Positions 37,720-47,404 of a DNA stretch of 64,000 nt are shown one piece after another (position 1 is the stretch's first letter; every line of letters begins with the position of its first letter). The stretch is taken from positions 945,432 to 1,009,431 of the forward strand of contig JAHPZH010000001.1 in NCBI GenBank assembly GCA_019058315.1. Reading direction: 5' to 3'. Origin of the DNA: Candidatus Helarchaeota archaeon (GTDB taxonomy: Archaea > Asgardarchaeota > Lokiarchaeia > Helarchaeales > RDOG01). Below the pieces are notes generated by a model that worked only from the letters and a program-made list of their open reading frames with translations, was not told the origin of the DNA and ran no database searches. A program made the translations under genes and the position numbers.

Positions 37720-39141
37720 ATGGCAAGCGATTATGAGACCATGATAAAATTTAGGGAACGACAAGATCCTTTAAGCCAAGATGAATTCGATAAAATTTTA
37801 AAGGAGCATATGAAATTTATAAAATCGGGGGGAGCTGGCGTAAATTTGAAAACTCGTCTACTTTGGAAGTCTTGGGTTGTGAAAAAAGTAGTTTTTGGTC
37901 AATATTTAGGACCAGAGGGGACTGATGGTAAACAAATTGCTTTGAGTTACAATAATCTTGAAAATATTAAATTTGATAACATTTCTTTGACCTACGCTGA
38001 TTTAGTAGGAGTTCGATGCCGAAAAAACAGTTTTAAAAAAACCAATCTGACAGGAAGTATTCTTATCGATTCTAATTTTACTGGCTCTAGCTTTGAAGGT
38101 GCAAATCTTTCTAAGACTGATTTTTCAAGATCTATTATGGTTGACTGTAGTTTAAGAAATGTAAATCTTACTGATGCAGATTTTGAGAATGTGGACCTTA
38201 CAGGAGCAGATTTGACTGGAGCTATCATTACACCCGAAACAAATTTTAAAGGAACTATATTTAAAGATGCAGTTAAAGATTTCAAAAAAGTACAAACAAC
38301 TAAAAAAAATATAAAAACCAAAAAAACTAAGCACACTCTTGTTAAGTCATATATGAATTGTTCAATATGTAAAACTCTACCTGATAACTATGGAGCTTAT
38401 TGGAAGGGGGGAGATCTTCAATCAAAACCAATGCCTGCTTCAGCAGCTAAGCTTGAGGTTGTAGGGGCCCCAATATATAATAAAAGTACAAGTTATTCAC
38501 ATACAGTTATACAACGTTGTCCAGAATGTGGAACTTGTTATAGGTGGCAATTTGAATATGAATATCTTGTGGGTGGTTCTGAAGATGAAATAGATGTAAC
38601 TCGTTTAAGTAGAGATGAGGGGGAAAAAGAAGTTAGAAAGATTATTTTGGATGTTAGAATGCAATATGCTCAACTCAGGGCAGAGGGAGTAGCAAAACTC
38701 CAGTTGCTAAAGGACGTAAAGAAGTTAGATAATGAACAACTTCATGATGCAGTTAATATATTTCATCATAATCAATTGGTTAAAAGTTTTGACATTTCTT
38801 ATGCGATCAAACATCTTGTTGAAGCATTAATTAACCACAGACATATAAAAGATGATTGTAATGGACAATATATTTATTGGACTTTAAGTGAATTTAAAAG
38901 TAAAAACGAAAAAAATGGAGAAAAATTACTCAATCTTATTCTAAGCCATAAGGGAAAGATCTTTCCACCCGAAGTTCAAGATCTTGTTAAAGAGTGTAAA
39001 CTCGAACAACTTGAGAAACTTACTAAGAAAGTAAAAATATTAGAGGAAAAATTAAGATCAGAAAATCTTGAAATGGAAGATTATAAACGAATAAATAGAC
39101 GAATCGAGCAATTATATAAAAAAATAAAAGATTTTAGCTAA
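37720..39141 (+). CDS. Pentapeptide-repeat protein fused to a Zn-ribbon domain and helical C-terminus
   Basis: A/S-N/D-L/F-T-G pentapeptide repeats at about aa 75-185; CSIC and CPEC motifs. Confidence 0.82.
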   Translation: MASDYETMIKFRERQDPLSQDEFDKILKEHMKFIKSGGAGVNLKTRLLWKSWVVKKVVFGQYLGPEGTDGKQIALSYNNLENIKFDNISLTYADLVGVRCRKNSFKKTNLTGSILIDSNFTGSSFEGANLSKTDFSRSIMVDCSLRNVNLTDADFENVDLTGADLTGAIITPETNFKGTIFKDAVKDFKKVQTTKKNIKTKKTKHTLVKSYMNCSICKTLPDNYGAYWKGGDLQSKPMPASAAKLEVVGAPIYNKSTSYSHTVIQRCPECGTCYRWQFEYEYLVGGSEDEIDVTRLSRDEGEKEVRKIILDVRMQYAQLRAEGVAKLQLLKDVKKLDNEQLHDAVNIFHHNQLVKSFDISYAIKHLVEALINHRHIKDDCNGQYIYWTLSEFKSKNEKNGEKLLNLILSHKGKIFPPEVQDLVKECKLEQLEKLTKKVKILEEKLRSENLEMEDYKRINRRIEQLYKKIKDFS

Positions 39142-39158
39142 CAAAAAAGAAGGTTTCA

Positions 39159-39749
39159 ATAATCAGAGAAAAAATTTTATACAAAGGCATTATTCAAGGA
39201 GTAGTTACTTCAGTTTTATTGATTGGTAAAGGTTATTTATATTTTACAATTAAAATGGAAGCTGAACTAGATCAGATTCCAAATGAAATTCCAGTTTATG
39301 CAAGGGAAAGTATTCTTCTGCGACAAGGGGATAAAATAGACATATATGGAGAAATTTTTCGTGGAGATTTAAAGATCTGGGAAAAAGATATTGTTAGAAT
39401 GTTTCCCGAGCATATATATAATAAAACTCTCAAATGCGGCTTTAAAAAAGGGTCTAGAAAAAAAATTTTACATAAAGGAAGATTTCATGGGAAAATAACT
39501 TCAGTTTTTTTAATAAAAGGTCCAATTGGTGGCGATTTCATGTATTTTAGTATTAAACCTGATAGAAAAATTTATGATGTTCCAGAAGAAATCTTTGTTG
39601 ATGCTGATGAGATGACTTTATTACGAGAAGGAGATACTGTTTTAGTTGATGGAGAAATTTATTTACAAAGTTTGAAATTCTGGGAAGCTGATTCAATTGA
39701 AATGAGAGCAAAGCACGTCCAAAATGAGACCTTAAATTTAGGATTTTAA
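39159..39749 (+). CDS. Tandem OB-fold-like protein with two internal repeats; probable ATA/ATC start (ORF track starts at TTG 39219)
   Basis: Upstream in-frame IIREKILYKGIIQGVVTSV matches RKKILHKGRFHGKITSV at the start of repeat 2. Confidence 0.72.
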   Translation: MIREKILYKGIIQGVVTSVLLIGKGYLYFTIKMEAELDQIPNEIPVYARESILLRQGDKIDIYGEIFRGDLKIWEKDIVRMFPEHIYNKTLKCGFKKGSRKKILHKGRFHGKITSVFLIKGPIGGDFMYFSIKPDRKIYDVPEEIFVDADEMTLLREGDTVLVDGEIYLQSLKFWEADSIEMRAKHVQNETLNLGF

Positions 39750-39785
39750 TAAATTTGATAAATTTCGTTTCTTTGTTTAAAAAAC

Positions 39786-41003
39786 TTAGGTTACTGTAAA
39801 TCTATTAAATATTTTCAATTTATTTGCCAAATCTCTATCTGAAGAAAAAAAAGTAAGACCAAAGGTAATAGAAGTAATTAAGAACCCCAAAGAGCTTAAA
39901 TCAAATACACATAATAAAAATAGAATTATTGCACCCATAGATAATATTGTCCAACCAAATAGAATATTGGGGAGATCGTTTTTTGTAGGTTTTCTTCTTT
40001 GAGGAAATTTATTATAATAATTGATTAAAAAAGAAATCCCTAAAAGTGCGATTATAGCAATGGGCCAACTCAAAAATATACTCATTAATTCTCCATTTAA
40101 AAATGGCATGAAAAAATCTTCAAAAACATAGTCTTCAGTATAAATATCAAATAGACTTGATTCAATTGGTCTTGGAATTATTAGATACCGATCATTATAC
40201 ATTAAATAAGGTTCACCAACTCCAGGCCACCAATTAAGGTATATTGGATTAATTGGTAGGAATAAATACATACGAAATGGTTCAAAACGTATTTGATCTT
40301 GTATTATTAATATACTAGTTCCGTTGATGAAGACTACTGGAAAATCATGAGAATCACCCTCTGCCATATAAGCATCATATCCCATAAATTTAAGAAATGA
40401 TACACTAAATACAGCAATTCCAGTACAATCTGAAGTAAATCCATTACTTATTATCTCAGAAACAGTAGGGAGATGGTCGAAAGCAAGTCTAGGTGGATTA
40501 AAATCATAAGTATAACGTATTAAGCTGAAATATTTTGGATCTAGAGTATATCTTCTCCACCAAGGATTATAAATAAAATTACTAATGTTTTGCAATTTAT
40601 TTATTTCATCTTTAACTTCATTAAATTGTATTCCATAGGTATCATTAAACCAGTTATGAAATGTTGTATTTAATCCAAAAAAGAAAGGATGATACGTTTC
40701 TATCACAGATTTACGATTCATTCTTCGATAAATCTGATTTCCCCAATCAGTGACATTAGGAAATGTGATGAGAAATATTAGAAATAAAAAAATAGACAGT
40801 TTTGTGGCTCTCAAAAAGAAATCTTTCCGTCTTAACGTTGCTAATGCTACAATTAGAAAGGGTAAAAAATAAAGCGCAGAAGCTATTAAATAAAATTGGG
40901 AAATGATAAAGAAATAGAAAATAAAACATGGAATGCCAATAATTATAAAAAAAAGTTTCTTTTTTCCTATTTTTTTTATAAAATCTCCTAATTTTCCTTT
41001 CAA
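39786..41003 (-). CDS. Membrane protein with a transglutaminase-like Cys-His domain
   Basis: About three N-terminal and three C-terminal TMs; SDCTGIAVxxxSxLxxMG...H pattern. Confidence 0.62.
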   Translation of the reverse strand: MKGKLGDFIKKIGKKKLFFIIIGIPCFIFYFFIISQFYLIASALYFLPFLIVALATLRRKDFFLRATKLSIFLFLIFLITFPNVTDWGNQIYRRMNRKSVIETYHPFFFGLNTTFHNWFNDTYGIQFNEVKDEINKLQNISNFIYNPWWRRYTLDPKYFSLIRYTYDFNPPRLAFDHLPTVSEIISNGFTSDCTGIAVFSVSFLKFMGYDAYMAEGDSHDFPVVFINGTSILIIQDQIRFEPFRMYLFLPINPIYLNWWPGVGEPYLMYNDRYLIIPRPIESSLFDIYTEDYVFEDFFMPFLNGELMSIFLSWPIAIIALLGISFLINYYNKFPQRRKPTKNDLPNILFGWTILSMGAIILFLLCVFDLSSLGFLITSITFGLTFFSSDRDLANKLKIFNRFTVT

Positions 41004-41213
41004 TGATTTACCTCAATTTAATATGATAGCTCAAAATAATTTTAAATTTAACGTTCGACTTCTAAAAAAGCAATTGAGAAATAAATTAATAAATATCCTA
41101 GTGTTAATTAAAAGAATAATATATCGATTTTTAAAGATTTTTTAATTATAGTCTTTATGAATTGATTGATTTACGCATTATTCGATTGTACAAGTCGTTT
41201 TATAGGTGAATTC

Positions 41214-42971
41214 ATGTCATTTATATTGAAAATTGCCTACGTTTTTTCTCCTTTTATTAAATTGGGTAACTCAGTGAAAAGGGCTGTTGTTCCATTTTTT
41301 AACCGTTTATCTGCTCCAAAACCCTCTGAGACCACTTTCGAGCTTGGTAAATGGAATAATGAAAAACTCGTTCAGACTAAATATGGTTTATTATCTGGTT
41401 TTTCAGACAAAAATTCTTGGTGTTGGAAGGGAATTCCTTATGCCACACCCCCTACTGGTCCCCTCCGTTGGAAAGCGCCACTTGATTGCATTCCCTGGAT
41501 TGGTGAACGTAAAGCAAAAAAATTTGGAAATTGGGCTGTCCAAGTAATGCCAATATTAGGTTCAATGGGTTCAGAGGACTGCCTTTACCTCAATATTTGG
41601 CGTCCTAAAAGCTCAGAAAGGGAATTACCTGTCTACCTTTTTATCCATGGAGGAGGAAATTCAATAGGTACATCTGCGCAATCAGACTATCATGGTAATG
41701 TGGTAGCAGATAAATCAAACATGGTCTATGTTTCAGTTAACTACCGTCTTGGAGCAATGGGCTGGTTTAAACACCCTGCAGTAACAAATTCTGGTTCACC
41801 TGAAGATCAAAGTGGGAATTTTGGAACTCTTGATATAATAAAATCACTGGAGTGGATACGAGATAATATAAGAGCATTTGGAGGTGATCCAAATAATGTT
41901 ACTATTGCAGGCGAGTCTGGTGGTGCCTTTAATGTGCTATCACTCCTTATTTCTCCTACTGCTAAAGGACTCTTCCATCGTGCTGTCGCAGAAAGTGGAT
42001 TATCTCTTATATGGAGTACTGAAACTGCAGAAGCTCAAAGTAACACTCTCCTAGCAACTCTCCTCGTAAAAGACCATAAAGCGAAGAATCAAGATAAAGC
42101 TGCTCAATTAATCAATGAAATGTCGGATGAAGAAATTAATGATTACTTTCGTTCACAATCTCCCTATAAAATCACAAAATACATCCCTACATTTGATTTT
42201 GGGATGGCACAATGGCTAAACATTTTCACCGATGGCACTGTAATACCCAAAGCTGGATATGATGTATTTTCATCTGGAGAATGGGCTAATAAAGTTCCAT
42301 TAATAATTGGCTGTACCAAGGATGAATTGAAGTTATTTGGCTGTTTTAGAAAAGATCCCCCGCGAAATTCCAGAGAATATGACTTGGTTTGGGGATATCG
42401 TTCCCTAATTTGGCGCGCGAGTGGTCTTGATTCTGTGGTTAGTAAAATGAATTCAAATTCCGAAGTTCCCATCTACGCATATCGATTTGATTGGGGAAGT
42501 CTTGACAATGATGGTATAAGTGTTCTACCAAAAACCAGGGGTCGAACCTTAGGTGCTCATCACGCCTCAGAAATCCCATTCTTTCTAGGGACAGGAATGG
42601 GTCAAATAGCCTGGTTAATTGGGAAAACCCATACTAAGCATAATCGAATCGGACGTGAGAAATTAAAGAAATTATGCATGAAGTATCTCGCCAATTTTGC
42701 CAGAACTGGCAATCCCAACAGTGAAAATCTTCCCCTTTGGTTTACTTGGGATAATACTGAAAAGAAAAATAAGGTTATTCTACTTGACGCAGGACTTAAA
42801 GATCTCAAAATTTCATACTTAACGGATATAATTACGGTTCAAACTGTTGTAAATCTCATTAATTCAGAGCTCAAAGAACCTGAACTGGGGAAAATTCTAT
42901 CATATCTCGATGAAAATATACCCTTTGGTATTAAAGAGGAAGAATATGAGTCTCACTTTTTTGCTCATTAG
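41214..42971 (+). CDS. Carboxylesterase type B
   Basis: KGIPYA, LRWKAP, SEDCLYLNIW, HGGG, NYRLG, GESGG, GAHHASE; GGTGA SD before ATG 41214. Confidence 0.95.
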   Translation: MSFILKIAYVFSPFIKLGNSVKRAVVPFFNRLSAPKPSETTFELGKWNNEKLVQTKYGLLSGFSDKNSWCWKGIPYATPPTGPLRWKAPLDCIPWIGERKAKKFGNWAVQVMPILGSMGSEDCLYLNIWRPKSSERELPVYLFIHGGGNSIGTSAQSDYHGNVVADKSNMVYVSVNYRLGAMGWFKHPAVTNSGSPEDQSGNFGTLDIIKSLEWIRDNIRAFGGDPNNVTIAGESGGAFNVLSLLISPTAKGLFHRAVAESGLSLIWSTETAEAQSNTLLATLLVKDHKAKNQDKAAQLINEMSDEEINDYFRSQSPYKITKYIPTFDFGMAQWLNIFTDGTVIPKAGYDVFSSGEWANKVPLIIGCTKDELKLFGCFRKDPPRNSREYDLVWGYRSLIWRASGLDSVVSKMNSNSEVPIYAYRFDWGSLDNDGISVLPKTRGRTLGAHHASEIPFFLGTGMGQIAWLIGKTHTKHNRIGREKLKKLCMKYLANFARTGNPNSENLPLWFTWDNTEKKNKVILLDAGLKDLKISYLTDIITVQTVVNLINSELKEPELGKILSYLDENIPFGIKEEEYESHFFAH

Positions 42972-43017
42972 TGAGTCACCCAATATTATAAATAAGAATT
43001 TTAATATTTGTTTCATT

Positions 43018-43425
43018 ATGAGTAAAAAGAAAATTGCATATTGCGGAGATGTCTGCAGCTTTTGCCCCAGGTATGTGGCGACACAAAGTGGCAGCGAGGA
43101 AGAACTTAAAAAAGTCGCCATCCTATTAAAAAAAGTCGGCTGGAGAGACAAAATTTTACCCCCAGAAAAAATAAAGTGCCACGGCTGTCAAGACATCGAA
43201 ACCTGCGAATACGACGTTAAAGACTGCTGCATAGCACAGAATATCCCTAATTGCGGAAAATGCCCAAAATACCCCTGCCCTAAAATCGAACGTGCATTCG
43301 AAATCACTATGGCTAATATGGCTCGGTTTCGGATGATCCTGACGGAATCTGAATTTGCAACGTTTATGAGAGCATTTTTCTGGAAAAAAGCAAATTTAGA
43401 TGCTGAAAGAAATAAAGTCATTTAA
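43018..43425 (+). CDS. DUF3795-type Cys-rich protein
   Basis: IAYCGxxCxxCP...CHGC...C-x4-CC...CGKCxxYPC. Confidence 0.85.
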   Translation: MSKKKIAYCGDVCSFCPRYVATQSGSEEELKKVAILLKKVGWRDKILPPEKIKCHGCQDIETCEYDVKDCCIAQNIPNCGKCPKYPCPKIERAFEITMANMARFRMILTESEFATFMRAFFWKKANLDAERNKVI

Positions 43426-43536
43426 TTATTTTAACATTTAATTTTAAAGGTAGATATCACTATCGTTTATAAGATCATCTATCAACAATTTTCATGGATT
43501 TCAGCATTTTCGTATCAATTTTTGTTCTAACAATTT

Positions 43537-45045
43537 TTAAAGATTTAATTTAATTTTATTTTCTAGCCAGTCTATCAAATCCCCTACATTTACTCGAATT
43601 TGTTCTTTAGAATCTCTGAATCTTATTGTGACTGTATCAAAGTCCGGATTTTTTTTATCCAAAGTCTCATAATCTACAGTAATGCAATATGGTACACCAA
43701 TCTCATCTAGGCGTGCATACCTTTTACCAATAGACCCAACTTCGTCATAAAAAGCTCTAAACTTTTTCCGCAAAGTTCTATAAATCTCTTTAGCTTTTTC
43801 ATCAAGATTGTCCTTCTTCTGTAGTGGAAATATGCCAACATGATATGGAGCTAAATATGGGGGAATTCTGAGAATATTTCGACCATCTTCAATATAAAAA
43901 TTAGAATCTAATAATGCTAAAACATTTCTATCAACTCCAAAACTAAGCTCCAGCACGTTTAACAAGATTTTCCTTCCATCATCGATTTTAATGCTTAATT
44001 TCTTACTTGATCCTTTTTGATGACAAGATAAATCATAATCTCCGCGGTAGTGAAGACCGCCTACCTCTTTAAATCCTTTCAATTGTTGGAAATTAACCTC
44101 AAGATCAAAATGAATTTGGTTATAAAATGCCCTTTCCTTATCTGATTTTTCATAAAAACGGAATTTCTCTTTTGGTATTTGTAAGATGTCAAAATAGAAT
44201 TGTTGAATTTTAGCCATATGATAGATATAGAATTCGGGCAAACCTGTTATTTTTAATAATTCTTTACAACTTATTTTTTTAAATTCCCCTTCTACTCTAT
44301 CCTTAACTAAACAAACATTCATTTTATAATCTTTTACTGATTTAAAATCAAATAGTTCATTGAAATTTTTAGGATCATGAAATATTTGAAGTTCTGCTTG
44401 TGTAAATTCACGAACACGAAAAAAACCTTGACGAGGAGAAATCTCATTCCTAAATGCTTTGCCTATAATTGCTAATCCCATTGGAATTTTTCTTCTTAAA
44501 GCATTAAATTCTCGATAAAAATTTAAATATGCTCCTTGAGCAGTTTCTGGGCGTAAATATCCTTTATCTTTCCCTGTAGAACCCACAATCAATGGAAACA
44601 TCATATTAAAATCCATAGGTTTCCTTAAAGTTCCTCCACATTTGTCACATACAATTTTAAGATCTTGAATATATTTAAAAATTACATCTAAATCAGTTAA
44701 TTCTTCTTTTAATTCTATTTTCTCTTCTATTAGATGATCCCCTCTATATGTTTCTTTACATTTTGAACATTCTACTAAAACATCAGTAAAATGATCTACG
44801 TGCCCTGAAGCTTTTAATACCGCTTCTGGCAGAATATTGCTCGATTCGATAAGATAATAATTATCACCGAGATTTAAAAAGTAATCAATCCAAATGGTTT
44901 CCCAATTGCGCTTGATTAACGTTCCTAAATGTCCATAATCATAAAATCCCGCAAGACCACCATATAGATCCGCAGTTTGCCAAAAAAAGCCCCGCTTCTT
45001 AATGAACTCATTGAATGCAATATCGTAATCACTCAAGGAAAACAC
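43537..45045 (-). CDS. glyS: Glycine--tRNA ligase (alpha2, archaeal/eukaryotic type)
   Basis: YGGLAGFYDYG, ASGHVDHF, FNMMF, LRPETAQG, FRNEISPR, GSIGKRYARxDEIG. Confidence 0.96.
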   Translation of the reverse strand: MFSLSDYDIAFNEFIKKRGFFWQTADLYGGLAGFYDYGHLGTLIKRNWETIWIDYFLNLGDNYYLIESSNILPEAVLKASGHVDHFTDVLVECSKCKETYRGDHLIEEKIELKEELTDLDVIFKYIQDLKIVCDKCGGTLRKPMDFNMMFPLIVGSTGKDKGYLRPETAQGAYLNFYREFNALRRKIPMGLAIIGKAFRNEISPRQGFFRVREFTQAELQIFHDPKNFNELFDFKSVKDYKMNVCLVKDRVEGEFKKISCKELLKITGLPEFYIYHMAKIQQFYFDILQIPKEKFRFYEKSDKERAFYNQIHFDLEVNFQQLKGFKEVGGLHYRGDYDLSCHQKGSSKKLSIKIDDGRKILLNVLELSFGVDRNVLALLDSNFYIEDGRNILRIPPYLAPYHVGIFPLQKKDNLDEKAKEIYRTLRKKFRAFYDEVGSIGKRYARLDEIGVPYCITVDYETLDKKNPDFDTVTIRFRDSKEQIRVNVGDLIDWLENKIKLNL

Positions 45046-45195
45046 CTTAATTTAATTCGAATCTTATTTTTTATCCAACATTGAAAAATAATATTATAAA
45101 TTGTGTTTATCAATTTAATACAACAAATTATTTTTTCGGGTAGATGATTTTTTTCAAGCTGTCATCATATTAACACAAATAATAAGGTATTTAAA

Positions 45196-45621
45196 ATGAC
45201 GGAAAGTGAAGAAACGGATAGTGAAGAAATTACAGGTGTAATTAAGGCGATAGATGACTTAAAGGGTATAGCAAACTTCTTTGATGAGTTTAAAGATGAC
45301 TACGTAAAGATTTCAAGAGAATTATCAAAAATGTCTAAAGAATTTGAAAGTATGGCAAAAGTAAAGGGAGAAAAAATCAAATTACGTGAAATTTTAGCTC
45401 TTTCAATGACTTTATTGACTGAAGTGTTTGGTGCACAACCACATTCGAAAATACTTTTCTTATTACATGGTGTTGAGGAAATGTCAAGGGATTCATTAAC
45501 TAAAGCTTCTGGAATTTCTGCAGCAGCGATTAGACATGCTTTAGCTGATCTAAACTCCGCTAAGCTTGTAGAATATGATGTAGAAAAAGAAACCGCAAAA
45601 TTACTTAAACGCATCTATTAA
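45196..45621 (+). CDS. Coiled-coil plus winged-helix protein
   Basis: KILFLLH...SRDSLTKASGISxAAIRHALADLxxxxLVEY wHTH pattern. Confidence 0.72.
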   Translation: MTESEETDSEEITGVIKAIDDLKGIANFFDEFKDDYVKISRELSKMSKEFESMAKVKGEKIKLREILALSMTLLTEVFGAQPHSKILFLLHGVEEMSRDSLTKASGISAAAIRHALADLNSAKLVEYDVEKETAKLLKRIY

Positions 45622-45708
45622 TTTCTTTTTTTATAAAATAAAAAAGATAAAATATTTGTTCTTACTAATAATTAATAACCACCTTCAAAAGAGGAGGATT
45701 AATTAAAT

Positions 45709-45864
45709 ATGGTATTATGTTATTTTTGTAATAATAAGGCTGAAAATAATTGTAATGATTGTAATATGCCAGTTTGTAAATTGCATAGCGTGATTATTGA
45801 AAAACAATCATCGACAGGAGAGACTATAGCGGCTCCATATTGTCCAAATTGTTCAACAAAATGA
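45709..45864 (+). CDS. 51-aa double Zn-finger microprotein (B-box/AN1-like; absent from the ORF track)
   Basis: Manual translation MVLCYFCNNKAENNCNDCNMPVCKLHSVIIEKQSSTGETIAAPYCPNCSTK*; GAGGAGG SD. Confidence 0.82.
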   Translation: MVLCYFCNNKAENNCNDCNMPVCKLHSVIIEKQSSTGETIAAPYCPNCSTK

Positions 45865-45896
45865 ATTAATTCTTTTTCTCTTATATCTCTTCATAG

Positions 45897-46148
45897 TTGA
45901 ATTTATCAGAGTTAAACAAAATGGTCAATTCATCAAATGATAATCCTCTAAATGAAAAAGATAAGAAGAAATTTGTCAAAGAGATGATGAAACTAGCGAC
46001 AAAGACAAAAAAAAGCTCAAAGGAAGAAATTAGCATTCACGTTGATAAAAAAATTCGGAGATTTGAATCAATACAGGAATTAATTTATATTATCACTGTC
46101 ATTTTAGCTTTCATATTAACTTATATAATTTTAATGTCCAATTATTAG
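45897..46148 (+). CDS. Small protein with a single C-terminal TM (tail-anchored topology)
   Basis: Hydrophilic Lys-rich N-terminus, then LIYIITVILAFILTYIILM at the end. Confidence 0.6.
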   Translation: MNLSELNKMVNSSNDNPLNEKDKKKFVKEMMKLATKTKKSSKEEISIHVDKKIRRFESIQELIYIITVILAFILTYIILMSNY

Positions 46149-46175
46149 TAGGATACAATTAAAAAGTGATAAGGT

Positions 46176-47345
46176 ATGGACTCCCGAGAAAGAATTTTAA
46201 CCGCTTTGGATGGAGATCAACCCGATAGAGTCCCGATTTTTGAATTAGGAATTGATAACACACATCAATCTTATAGTTCTTTCTATAATATACTACCTGG
46301 ATTACAAGGGTATATGCAAAATAGGTTTAATAACACATTACTTCGTTTTCTCGCTAAAATAGGTGGAAAATCAATCCTTAGGAGAGCCATGAGATGGATT
46401 GGAATGACAGTGGGAAAAATTGCAAATTTAGAATTGCTAAAAACAGCTCTGCGTTTTGGAATTGATGGAACCTCTCTTATGATAGGCAGTTTATTTGCTA
46501 CAAATAGTAAGATATCCAGTAAAATCGATTATTATGTTGATGAATATGGAAGAATGGGCTCAATTTCAAAAAATACTTTTGCTTGGTATAAAGGAGGTAT
46601 AATGACTCCAGAATTACTAGATGAATGGGGTTTTCCAAATCCTCTTGATCCTACCCGTTTAGCTATTTTCCACCATGCCCAAGAAATAAATAAAGATAAT
46701 AAACTTTTATTGTCTATTATGCCAGGAGGCTTATTTGAAACCTTATATGAAGCCGTAGGGCTTGAAAAATTCTTTTATTATCTTTACGATAATCCTTCTT
46801 TTATTAGAAGACTTTTTGATCTTCAAAAAAAATTCCTTATAGAACTTGGGAAATATGTTATAGATCATGGAACGGAAGTAATAGTATTAGGGGATGATTC
46901 AGCTTATAAGAATGGACCGATGATGAGCCCAAAATTATTTGAAAAATATTTATTCCCAAGATATAAGGAAATTTGTGACACATTTCATAAAAAAGGTGCA
47001 AAAGTCTTATTGCATTCAGATGGGGATACTCATTTGCTAATAGATGGTTGGATCAAATCTGGGGTTGATGCAATTCATCCTTGGGAACCACCGATGATGA
47101 ATTTAAAGGAAGCAAAAGAAAAATGGGGTAATAAAATCTGTATTTGTGGAAATGTAGATTGTGGAATTACTTTAATGTATGGTCCAAAGCAGAGAATAAT
47201 TGATGAGGTAAAGCAATGCATTAAAGATGCCGCTAATGGAGGAGGTTACATGCTGAGTAGTTCAAATTCAATTCATTTTGGCATTCCTATTAAAAATTTT
47301 CAGATTATGCTTGATGCTGGTAGAAAATTTGGTGTATATGATTAA
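46176..47345 (+). CDS. Uroporphyrinogen decarboxylase-family protein
   Basis: SRERI...PDRVPIFE, LGDD, LHSDG, GNVD, GGYMLSSSNSIH. Confidence 0.85.
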   Translation: MDSRERILTALDGDQPDRVPIFELGIDNTHQSYSSFYNILPGLQGYMQNRFNNTLLRFLAKIGGKSILRRAMRWIGMTVGKIANLELLKTALRFGIDGTSLMIGSLFATNSKISSKIDYYVDEYGRMGSISKNTFAWYKGGIMTPELLDEWGFPNPLDPTRLAIFHHAQEINKDNKLLLSIMPGGLFETLYEAVGLEKFFYYLYDNPSFIRRLFDLQKKFLIELGKYVIDHGTEVIVLGDDSAYKNGPMMSPKLFEKYLFPRYKEICDTFHKKGAKVLLHSDGDTHLLIDGWIKSGVDAIHPWEPPMMNLKEAKEKWGNKICICGNVDCGITLMYGPKQRIIDEVKQCIKDAANGGGYMLSSSNSIHFGIPIKNFQIMLDAGRKFGVYD

Positions 47346-47404
47346 AATGAATAATAAAGGATGAAATTAGAAATATTAAAATGGAAGAAAAAACGAGCTA
47401 GGAT

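Noticed and set aside
42910-43017. N-terminal extension of the DUF3795 ORF
   Set aside because: Overlaps the esterase 3' end; the family pattern begins at MSKKKIAYCG (43018).
45897-46148. Tail-anchored protein as a SNARE homolog
   Set aside because: No convincing ~60-aa heptad SNARE motif before the TM.
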